Under the pieces are notes generated by a model that saw only the letters and a list, made by a program, of their open reading frames with translations, was not told where the DNA came from and made no database searches. Positions 9,294 to 17,928 of a DNA stretch of 64,000 nt are shown here, in pieces; the first letter of the stretch is position 1, and each line of letters opens with the position of its first letter. A program made the position numbers and the translations under genes. Source of the DNA: Candidatus Cloacimonadales bacterium (GTDB taxonomy: Bacteria > Cloacimonadota > Cloacimonadia > Cloacimonadales > JAFGVF01); assembly GCA_963677815.1 (NCBI GenBank), contig OY782499.1, positions 412,408 through 476,407 on the forward strand. Reading direction: 5' to 3'.

Positions 9294-12200
9294 CTATATG
9301 TTTTCTGTGTCTAATGATATTAGCAAATCATTAACCATAGCTAGACCATTTTCATAATTACAGGTCTTGAAAACAGCAAGTGCTTCATTCAGCTTTTTCT
9401 TTGCTTCAAGTAAATTTCCTAGTTCTATGTCACAAGTTGCCCAGTTAAATAGAGCAATTCCTTCACTATGTTTACTACCAAGATTATTTAATATTTTAAA
9501 TTCTTCTTCAAAATTCTTGGATGCTTCAAAATACTTTTCTTGTTCTTTATTCGAAGTCCCTAAAAGACCATAAGAGTTAGCAAGGCCTTCAATATCTTCA
9601 ATCTTCTTTTGATGTTCAATATTCTCAGTAATTAATTTATTAGCTTGATCATATTTACCCATCTTAATATATATCTGAGCAATGATATTATTAACAAAAC
9701 TTTGTGTTCTCAAATTACCTACTGAAAGACCAATAGTTCTACATTCAAGAGCAAAATTTAGAGCTTTATCATATTCATTGCTGGAAATATGTATTAGGGC
9801 TAGATTATATAATATTCTTGATGCTTGATTTGTATTATGACTAAGTCTAGCTATTTCAAGAGCTTCTAAAAGAAGAGCAAGTGCCTCCTGAAGGTTCTTT
9901 TCATTATATTCCAACATAGCTAAATCTGACATAATTCTACATTTTGTTATTCTGTTACCTGTTTCATCAGAATATTTAAGTGCTTTCAAGTAGTAACTTT
10001 TTGCTTGGAATTTATCACCTAAATGATAAGTCATAACTCCGATATTATGTGCACCACTTCCTAATAAATTAGAATTATTAATACTTTCTATGAGGTTCAT
10101 ATTAAGTTTGAAGTAATGAAGAGCATCATAATACTTTGATTTTTCCATGTAATAAACACCTAGTAGATTAGCAATTCTACTTACATATAAATCATTATCA
10201 TTATCTAAGTATCTTTCTAATAATTCAATAGATATTTCTTCAAATTCCTGACCTCGATTTAGATAACGAAGAGAATCTAGATAATAAATTGTTAAATGAA
10301 TCTTGTACTCTGAAGTCTCATAGAGAGGTAATATTTCTTGAGTTAAGTTTACAAGTTCATTGAATTTTTCTTGAATAAAGAGGGATTTTGCTTTCAAATA
10401 GCTTAGCTTTAGCCATTCTTCTGTTCCAGGCTTAATTAAGCCTTCTAACTCTTTAATATCCTGATTGGAAATGTCGATCCTACTCTCCTCTAAATTGACC
10501 TCAATTACCTTTAATCTTGTATCAATCATAATTTCCTCATCTATGATATTTTGTTGTTTCATGTAGTCTATAAGCTGACTACAATACTCTAGTGTTGCAC
10601 CATATTTATGATATTTAATTGAATCATCTATTGCTAGTCTTAGATAACTAACAGCTTTATCTACCACTTGACCATTTATAGAATTATATATCAGCTCTTC
10701 ATAATGGTTACTTAAAGAATCTTTAAAAATCTTTTCCATTGACATAAGAGCTTTTTTATGAATATTTACAGCTTGGCTCACAAGCAATAAACGATAAATA
10801 CAATCTCTGTAGATATTATTCCTAAAAACATAATTAAATTCCAGAACAGGATACCAAAGATTTTCAATTTCACCTTCAGCAAGGAAGCGGGAAATATCGT
10901 TACCGCCGATCATTTCTTGTAATATCCTCTTATCAAATTTATTACCTAAAACAGTAGCAACTTTAACTACCTTTTTCAAAATATCATCAAGTTTATCCAC
11001 TCTTTCAATAATCATAGCTTCAATACTATCAGGTATTGAGAAAGTATCTTCATTAATGAATTTATCATCTTTTAGAAGTTTTTCACGTTTGATATAAGAA
11101 ATTATTTGTTCAATATAGAAAGGGTTTCCATCTGCTTGATCAATAATGCGTTTTAGAAACTTATCAGAAATACTTATTTTCTCTTCTAGATCCTCTTGCA
11201 AAAAAGAATTTATCATTTGAACAGATTCATCGTAAGTCAACTTATTTATCTTACACATTCTTTCATGTGAATTTATTTCTAAATCCTGAAAGAAATCTTC
11301 TTGTTTCTTTCGACTTGCAATTAGAATAGTTATTGGATAATCTTCAATGAGGGGATAAAAATACTTCAAAAAGTTATAACTTTCAGGGTCTATAAAATCG
11401 AAATTATCTATAATTATTATAGTTGGTAAATTTAATGACATTAACCTGAAGATGTTTGCAATGGCATAAAAAGTATTTTCATATCTACTTTTAATAATTT
11501 CACTATCAACATTATCAGCATTAAATTCCTTGATACCTAAAAAGGTTTCTAAGAGTCCTATCCCGCTATTAAGCTCATGGATAAGGGTTTTATTATTAAC
11601 ATTTCTAGCTAGCGAGTCTATCACCCTTGCTATTCTCTCATGATTAACATGATAATCATCGGAATCATTTAATTTGAAGAAATATTTAAAATAGGCAATT
11701 AAGGGATTATAGTTTTGCTTTAAAACTGTATCGCATTCCATATAAGCCCAGGAATATTCTGATTTACCAAGTAAATTGACTGATTCAGCTATCAAGCGTG
11801 TCTTTCCGACACCCTCTTCTCCATAAATATTAAGTAATTTTGAGACTACATCAAGAGTAGATGTGTTTATCTTATTGCTGACTTTAAGTAATTCTTGCTT
11901 ACGGCCTATGAACTTATTATTAAAGGCCAAAAATTCATTAATATATTTTGGGCTGTTAAGTACATAGGTTGGAATCTTTGCTTGAAATCCTTTATAGTTA
12001 CGATAGCCCTTCATTATAACCTTAAAGTTCTTTCTTGCTTTATGAAATATATATTTATCTACTAAGATTTCATCAGAGCTTGCTTGAATTGCCATCTGGG
12101 CAGAAAGATTTACTGACATACCCAGAACCGTATATTCTCCTCTAGTAAATGAACCTACGAAACCAGCATAAGCCTCTCCATAACTAATACCAATATGAGA

Positions 12201-13076
12201 TATGTTTGGTTGAAAGTTCTTGACTTCAAGGGCGAAATTGCAAGCTCTAATAGGAGCATCACGATAACTCTTTGGTGCACCAAAAATAACTAATAAGACA
12301 AGTCCTTTATCGGAGAAATCTACTTTGTTGAAATACCCCCCATAGCGGAGAGCCATATTCATAACTCTGATTATAAATTTCTTAGTACTTTCACTTTCAT
12401 CCAAGGCTATAAAACAAGAAACTACTTTTCTAAACTCTCCAAGTTTATCATGATTCCTCAATATTGGGGGTAAAAATTTATTATAGTTATCTAAAATTTC
12501 TTCTTTATATTCAATAACTTTTTGATCTGTTTTATGGACCTTATCACTAACTGGGAATGAAAAGTTAACCTTACCTCTTGAAGATTTTTTTATAGCTTTT
12601 ATGGCTGAATTTACTCCATCTCCTGAGAAAAGATAAGTCGAGTAGTAATCTGATTGATATATATCTAAACTGATTTCTCCAAAACCAACTCCTACTTTTA
12701 TTCCTAATAAGAAAGATAAGTCAAAAATATTCTCAGAATTATACCTATCTACTGAATCAATTATCTTAGATGTCAGATTTTTAAAATCAATATGGGCTAC
12801 TTCGGTATCAGGGAAAATAGCAATGAAAGAATCACCAGCAAAAGAAGAAATAAATCCATGATTTTCCTCAATCATGGAAATTAGAGGCTCAAATAGTTTC
12901 TTAATAATCTGAGATAATTCCTCTGCCCCAGCAGAACCTTTATCCATTAATAGTTGAGTTAACTCAGTAAAACCTGAGATATCTATTATCAGGACATGTG
13001 CAAATAATTCTTTTTTTAGTTTACCCTTATAGAATTCATTTAAAACAAATTCAGGTACAAAACTTTTAAATTTCAT
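9294..13076 (-). CDS. Tandem class III nucleotidyl cyclase + STAND-type AAA ATPase + TPR protein (soluble-AC-like architecture)
   Basis: IIDISGFT...FAGDSF (C1), SDKG...FGAP...YTVLG.SVNLSA (C2), FIGR..E, Walker A GEEGVGKT, ADGNPFYIEQ, C-terminal TPR-like helices. Confidence 0.88.
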   Translation of the reverse strand: MKFKSFVPEFVLNEFYKGKLKKELFAHVLIIDISGFTELTQLLMDKGSAGAEELSQIIKKLFEPLISMIEENHGFISSFAGDSFIAIFPDTEVAHIDFKNLTSKIIDSVDRYNSENIFDLSFLLGIKVGVGFGEISLDIYQSDYYSTYLFSGDGVNSAIKAIKKSSRGKVNFSFPVSDKVHKTDQKVIEYKEEILDNYNKFLPPILRNHDKLGEFRKVVSCFIALDESESTKKFIIRVMNMALRYGGYFNKVDFSDKGLVLLVIFGAPKSYRDAPIRACNFALEVKNFQPNISHIGISYGEAYAGFVGSFTRGEYTVLGMSVNLSAQMAIQASSDEILVDKYIFHKARKNFKVIMKGYRNYKGFQAKIPTYVLNSPKYINEFLAFNNKFIGRKQELLKVSNKINTSTLDVVSKLLNIYGEEGVGKTRLIAESVNLLGKSEYSWAYMECDTVLKQNYNPLIAYFKYFFKLNDSDDYHVNHERIARVIDSLARNVNNKTLIHELNSGIGLLETFLGIKEFNADNVDSEIIKSRYENTFYAIANIFRLMSLNLPTIIIIDNFDFIDPESYNFLKYFYPLIEDYPITILIASRKKQEDFFQDLEINSHERMCKINKLTYDESVQMINSFLQEDLEEKISISDKFLKRIIDQADGNPFYIEQIISYIKREKLLKDDKFINEDTFSIPDSIEAMIIERVDKLDDILKKVVKVATVLGNKFDKRILQEMIGGNDISRFLAEGEIENLWYPVLEFNYVFRNNIYRDCIYRLLLVSQAVNIHKKALMSMEKIFKDSLSNHYEELIYNSINGQVVDKAVSYLRLAIDDSIKYHKYGATLEYCSQLIDYMKQQNIIDEEIMIDTRLKVIEVNLEESRIDISNQDIKELEGLIKPGTEEWLKLSYLKAKSLFIQEKFNELVNLTQEILPLYETSEYKIHLTIYYLDSLRYLNRGQEFEEISIELLERYLDNDNDLYVSRIANLLGVYYMEKSKYYDALHYFKLNMNLIESINNSNLLGSGAHNIGVMTYHLGDKFQAKSYYLKALKYSDETGNRITKCRIMSDLAMLEYNEKNLQEALALLLEALEIARLSHNTNQASRILYNLALIHISSNEYDKALNFALECRTIGLSVGNLRTQSFVNNIIAQIYIKMGKYDQANKLITENIEHQKKIEDIEGLANSYGLLGTSNKEQEKYFEASKNFEEEFKILNNLGSKHSEGIALFNWATCDIELGNLLEAKKKLNEALAVFKTCNYENGLAMVNDLLISLDTENI

Positions 13077-13096
13077 TTAACTCCCCATTTTCACTA

Positions 13097-13130
13097 AAAG
13101 ACAACCCTCGTAAGAGGGTTGCTCTTTTTT
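13097..13130. terminator. Hairpin between the beta-helix gene and the cyclase gene
   Basis: CAACCCTC-GTAA-GAGGGTTG flanked by A and T runs. Confidence 0.55.
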
Positions 13131-13158
13131 ACATATATGCTTTATTATGGAGAGAAGA

Positions 13159-16100
13159 TTATTTAGTCAATAAAATTTTTCTAGTAACATTAATGTTATC
13201 TTGTTTCATGCGAACAAAATAGATTCCTGAAGCGACTTTAGACCCTCTGTTGTTATCACCATTCCAAACAAGTCTATGACTTCCTATTCCTCTATTTTCA
13301 TTCAATAATGATTTAACTACTTGGCCTTTAATGTTATAGATTTTGATTTCCACATTAGACTCTTTAGTAACATTAAAGAGAATATTAGTTGTAGGATTAA
13401 ATGGATTTGGATAATTACTTAATGAATTATTAATTTCAGCTATCTGAGTTAAGTCTTTATTTCCAACAAATTCAAAGACACCTAAATCAGGAATAGTTCC
13501 ATCACTATCAGCCTCTTCTGTTGGGTCACCAGCATCTATACATGGTGAAGTTGGATTAAGCTGGAATTCAACAAATTTATCGGCAAATTCTTCTTTACTT
13601 GAATTATCATCACTACTTCCAACAAAATCTGGTAGTTCATTAATATTTTCTATTCCAGGGAATATTTCTCCATTTGGAAGAGATATATTGTTGTATCTAG
13701 CCTCAATGTAAGAATAGTTGGAGACAATATTATTATCTGGATTATCATTCCAAATAATGTTATTAACTAATTCAGAAGGAGTATATTGAGATAATACAGC
13801 TTTTTCATAATTAACAAGAGTGTTATGTTTCATAACATTATCATTAATATTCTTAACATCTATAGCTTTTGAGTTATTCTTTTCATAAGTAATAAATACT
13901 AAATTTCTATTTATTAAACTATTAGCATTTGAACCATCTATTGTTATAGCAGGGTCACATGATTTTACAACATTGTTTGAAATCATTGAAGTAACTTTAC
14001 CCTTAATTTGGATGCCTTTATAATTACCTCTTCTTGCTTCAGTTTGATAAATTTCAGTATGTTCAATAGTAGCATTAACTTGATTGTTATAGTTATTCTT
14101 AAGGTATATTGATTGGTCATAATCAGTAATATGACTGTTATCAACAAGCAAGTTAACTGCTCCCTTGAAATAAATAGCCTTAGTATTTGATCTATCTGAA
14201 TTATAATTACTAATCACAGCATTAATGATATTAACATCTAAAATGTCGGATGAAGATGTACCATAAATGGCATTGTCATAATTTTGAACATTTATGTTTT
14301 CTATATTAACATTGTTTTCACCCTTAAATCTTACTCCATAATTGTTCCAAGAAGGAATAACGTTAGGAATTAAGATATTACTTAATGTTTGAGTTCCATC
14401 AGACTTAAATTCTATACCACTTTCATAATTCTCAACTTGGATATCATTAGCAACTAAGTCAATTGAACCATCAATAAAGATACCAACAGTATTCCAATTT
14501 CTATCACTCTTCCAGCTATCTGGTGAATAATATATTCTTATTACATCCATAGTTGGTGTAGTAGGACCATGTTGGTCATTATCATCATCATCGTCTGCTT
14601 TGATAGTGATAGCTTTATCATAATTTTCGATTTCTACATCTGTTAAACTTGGGCTTACTTTACCTTCTACATAAATACCTTCAGTTTCCCAAGTTCTGTC
14701 ACCCTTCCAGCTATCTGGTGAATAATATATTCTTATTACATCCATGGTTGGTGTAGTAGGACCATGTTGGTCATTATCATCATCTTCGTCTGCTTTGATA
14801 GTGATAGCTTTATCATAATTTTCGATTTCTACATCTGTTAAACTTGGGCTTACTTTACCTTCTACATAAATACCTTCAGTTTCCCAAGTTCTGTCACCCT
14901 TCCAGCTATCTGGTGAATAATATATTCTTATTACATCCATGGTTGGGGTGGTAGGACCATGTTGGTCATTATCATCATCTTCGTCTGCTTTGATAGTGAT
15001 AGCTTTATCATAATTTTCGATTTCTACATCTGTTAGGCTTGGGCTTACTTTACCTTCTACATAAATACCTTCAGTTTCCCAAGTTCTGTCACCCTTCCAG
15101 CTATCTGGTGAATAATATATCCTTATTACATCCATGGTTGGTGTAGTAGGACCATGTTGGTCATTATCATCATCTTCGTCTGCTTTGATAGTGATAGCTT
15201 TATCATAATTTTCAATCTCTACATCTGTTAGGCTTGGGCTTACTTTACCTTCTACATAAATACCTTCAGTTTCCCAAGTTCTGTCACCCTTCCAGCTATC
15301 TGGTGAATAATATATTCTTATTACATCCATGGTTGGGGTGGTAGGACCATGTTGGTCATTATCATCATCTTCGTCTGCTTTGATAGTGATAGCTTTATCA
15401 TAATTTTCGATTTCTACATCTGTTAAACTTGGGCTTACTTTACCTTCTACATAAATACCTTCAGTTTCCCAAGTTCTGTCACCCTTCCAGCTATCTGGTG
15501 AATAATATATTCTTATTACATCCATAGTTGGGGTGGTAGGACCATGAGGTTCATCGTCATCATCTTCGTCTGCTTTGATAACGATACCTTGGTCATAATT
15601 TTCAATTTCTATATTAGTTAAAGTAGGTTCAACTTCACTATCCATATAGATACCTGTATTTGAAGTGGTTCTTTCGCCCTTCCAGCTATCTGGAGAGTAA
15701 TATATTCTAATTACGTCCATGGTTGGTGTAGTAGGTCCATGAGGTTCATCATCATCATCTTCATCACCTTTAATAGTTACACCAGTCATATATCCATAAA
15801 TTTCTACATTACTAATTGTTGATTGATTAGTTTTTCCAACATAAAGACCTTCTTGAAATTCAGAAGATCCATAACCAATAATGTTACAATAATCAATGCT
15901 ATTAGTTTTGTATAAGGCTATACCCTTTTTAGCTCCAATAAGATTAATATGAGATAAATCACCATTTTCAGAATTTACTTCAATACCTAGCCAAGCTGTT
16001 GTTTCAGTAATACCCTGAATATGGACAATATTTTCCTCAGTACCATTAACGTTAATTACACCGTAGGCAATAATACGTAAGTCTGGATTCATTACTACAG

Positions 16101-16278
16101 TAACCCCAGCATCAATTGTTAAAGATTGACCTTGAGGGATTTCTATATCAGTAGTAATAACATAAGGACTGCCTGCTGTATTCCAGACACCATAGACATC
16201 AGTATAATCGATAATAGTCTCTGAAGAGAGCAACAACGATAAAATTAAAAGACTAAATATTAGTAAAAACTTTTTCAT
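13159..16278 (-). CDS. Secreted right-handed beta-helix repeat protein with a C-terminal FlgD-Ig/T9SS-like sorting domain
   Basis: Signal peptide; WNTAGSPY...I.QGQSLTIDAGV beta-helix start; seven 65-aa repeats; SPCIDAGDP...DLGVF cap; NYPNPFNPTT...IYNIKGQ...ASGIYF tail. Confidence 0.85.
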   Translation of the reverse strand: MKKFLLIFSLLILSLLLSSETIIDYTDVYGVWNTAGSPYVITTDIEIPQGQSLTIDAGVTVVMNPDLRIIAYGVINVNGTEENIVHIQGITETTAWLGIEVNSENGDLSHINLIGAKKGIALYKTNSIDYCNIIGYGSSEFQEGLYVGKTNQSTISNVEIYGYMTGVTIKGDEDDDDEPHGPTTPTMDVIRIYYSPDSWKGERTTSNTGIYMDSEVEPTLTNIEIENYDQGIVIKADEDDDDEPHGPTTPTMDVIRIYYSPDSWKGDRTWETEGIYVEGKVSPSLTDVEIENYDKAITIKADEDDDNDQHGPTTPTMDVIRIYYSPDSWKGDRTWETEGIYVEGKVSPSLTDVEIENYDKAITIKADEDDDNDQHGPTTPTMDVIRIYYSPDSWKGDRTWETEGIYVEGKVSPSLTDVEIENYDKAITIKADEDDDNDQHGPTTPTMDVIRIYYSPDSWKGDRTWETEGIYVEGKVSPSLTDVEIENYDKAITIKADEDDDNDQHGPTTPTMDVIRIYYSPDSWKGDRTWETEGIYVEGKVSPSLTDVEIENYDKAITIKADDDDDNDQHGPTTPTMDVIRIYYSPDSWKSDRNWNTVGIFIDGSIDLVANDIQVENYESGIEFKSDGTQTLSNILIPNVIPSWNNYGVRFKGENNVNIENINVQNYDNAIYGTSSSDILDVNIINAVISNYNSDRSNTKAIYFKGAVNLLVDNSHITDYDQSIYLKNNYNNQVNATIEHTEIYQTEARRGNYKGIQIKGKVTSMISNNVVKSCDPAITIDGSNANSLINRNLVFITYEKNNSKAIDVKNINDNVMKHNTLVNYEKAVLSQYTPSELVNNIIWNDNPDNNIVSNYSYIEARYNNISLPNGEIFPGIENINELPDFVGSSDDNSSKEEFADKFVEFQLNPTSPCIDAGDPTEEADSDGTIPDLGVFEFVGNKDLTQIAEINNSLSNYPNPFNPTTNILFNVTKESNVEIKIYNIKGQVVKSLLNENRGIGSHRLVWNGDNNRGSKVASGIYFVRMKQDNINVTRKILLTK
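14500..15780 (-). repeat. Intragenic 195-bp tandem repeat (7 copies of the core)
   Basis: TCCAGCTATC at 14511, 14706, 14901, 15096, 15291, 15486 and 15681 (exact 195-bp period). Confidence 0.95.
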
Positions 16279-16333
16279 AATTTCCTCATTTATAGGTTTA
16301 ATGTTTAAAATCTCAAATCACATCAACTTATAA

Positions 16334-16349
16334 TGCAAGTATAGTTCCA
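16334..16349 (-). promoter_or_regulatory. Sigma54 (-24/-12) promoter upstream of the beta-helix gene
   Basis: Minus strand TGGAAC-TATAC-TTGCA, with GG-N10-GC spacing, 56 bp upstream of the ATG and next to an NtrC-family gene. Confidence 0.75.
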
Positions 16350-16484
16350 ATAATAAGCAATATTATATATTTTTTTAAATCACTATTTTCCATTACCTTA
16401 GAATATATTTCATCCAGTAATCTTCTAAATATAAACAATTATATCTTAAATTTTGTGGCATATTTGAGACTAGTCTCGAAATAA

Positions 16485-17828
16485 TCACATATCATTAATA
16501 TTTAATTCTGACATTTTTCGATAGAGAGTTTTTCTGTTAATTTGAAGTTGTTTAGCAGTCTCACTCTTGTTCCACTTATTATTATCCAAAGCTTCGATTA
16601 TTAACTCTTTCTCGGTATCCTTTAAAATATCATAAAATCCAGCATTATCACTTAAACGTGAGTTAGCTTTGTTAGTATTTATTGAAAGATGATCGGAAGA
16701 AATTGTTGAAGAAGGACAGTAAAGAGAAGCAGTAAAGAGAACATGCTTAAATTCTCTTACATTCCCCTTCCAGTCGTGTTCTTCAAGAAGCTTAACAGCA
16801 TCTTTTGAAATACCAGTAATTTTCTTATTTAATTCAATATTAGCTTTTTTGATAAAGAAAAGTGCTAAATTCTCAAAGTTCTCATCCCTTTCATTTAAAT
16901 TAGGTATTTCGAGAGAGACCTCATTCAGTCTATAAAATAAGTCTTCTCGAAAAAGTCCCTTATCAATAAGAGGTTGGCAAGGAACGTTGGTTGTTGCGAT
17001 TATCCGAAAATCAGAATGAACTTCTTTATTACTCCCAATAGGGTAGAATTTTTTTTCTTGAATAGCCCTGAGGAGTTTTGCCTGACTACTCAATGGTAAA
17101 TTAGTAATTTCATCTAACAGGATAGTCCCTTTGTCAGCTAATTCAAATTTTCCTTTATGTCCGCTAGCCCCGGTATAAGCACCTTTAGCAGAACCAAAAA
17201 GTTCGTTTTCTATTAAGTTTTCTGGAATTGCCCCACAATCCACAGCAACAAAAGGTTGGTTTATCCTTTTGCTATTTTGATAAAGCAGTTTTGCATAGAC
17301 CTCTTTACCAGTACCACTTTTACCAGTTATAAGAACATTCAAATTAGTAGGAGCTATTACTTTTATTCTACCAACAAGTTCATTAATAATTTCACTTTCA
17401 CCAATATAAATCTGCTTATCATCGGTAATCTCTTGATAGTTATTTTTACTTCCAACTATTTTATCTATCAACGATAATAGTTCATTCTTCTTTATTGGTT
17501 TTAGGAGAAAATCAGCAACTCCATATTTCATTACTTTAATCACGTCTGATACTCTTGAAGTACCCGAAATGACAATGATTTCAGTATTAGAAGATATTTT
17601 TCTAGCTTCAGGAATGAGATCAATCCCAGAGTCTTGTCCCATATAAACATCCAGAAGCATAACATCTATTTCTTGATTGTTTAGCACTTCAAGTGCCTCT
17701 TGATTATTAGAGGCACAAAAAAGAGTAAAATTACTGTTAGCTAAAAAATCAGAAAAGAGTTTTTGAATAACAACTTCATCATCAACTATTAATATATTAG
17801 CTCTACTATTTTTCATATTTTCATTCAT
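16485..17828 (-). CDS. Sigma54-dependent response regulator (NtrC family)
   Basis: REC (ILIVDDE, LLD), AAA+ GKSGTGKE, ELFG..KGAYTGA, LLDEI, FREDLFYRL, W.GNVRE, Fis-type HTH. Confidence 0.93.
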   Translation of the reverse strand: MNENMKNSRANILIVDDEVVIQKLFSDFLANSNFTLFCASNNQEALEVLNNQEIDVMLLDVYMGQDSGIDLIPEARKISSNTEIIVISGTSRVSDVIKVMKYGVADFLLKPIKKNELLSLIDKIVGSKNNYQEITDDKQIYIGESEIINELVGRIKVIAPTNLNVLITGKSGTGKEVYAKLLYQNSKRINQPFVAVDCGAIPENLIENELFGSAKGAYTGASGHKGKFELADKGTILLDEITNLPLSSQAKLLRAIQEKKFYPIGSNKEVHSDFRIIATTNVPCQPLIDKGLFREDLFYRLNEVSLEIPNLNERDENFENLALFFIKKANIELNKKITGISKDAVKLLEEHDWKGNVREFKHVLFTASLYCPSSTISSDHLSINTNKANSRLSDNAGFYDILKDTEKELIIEALDNNKWNKSETAKQLQINRKTLYRKMSELNINDM

Positions 17829-17928
17829 AAACTTATTTTACTGTTTTTGAAAAATATTGTCAAGAGAATATTTTCCCTTGTCTATTTTTTCATATTAATT
17901 CACACTTTAGTAGTCTCTTAGCGGATAA

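Noticed and set aside
14500-15780. Diversity-generating retroelement TR/VR pair or CRISPR
   Set aside because: In-frame coding repeats with mostly synonymous, non-adenine-specific differences; no reverse transcriptase in the window.
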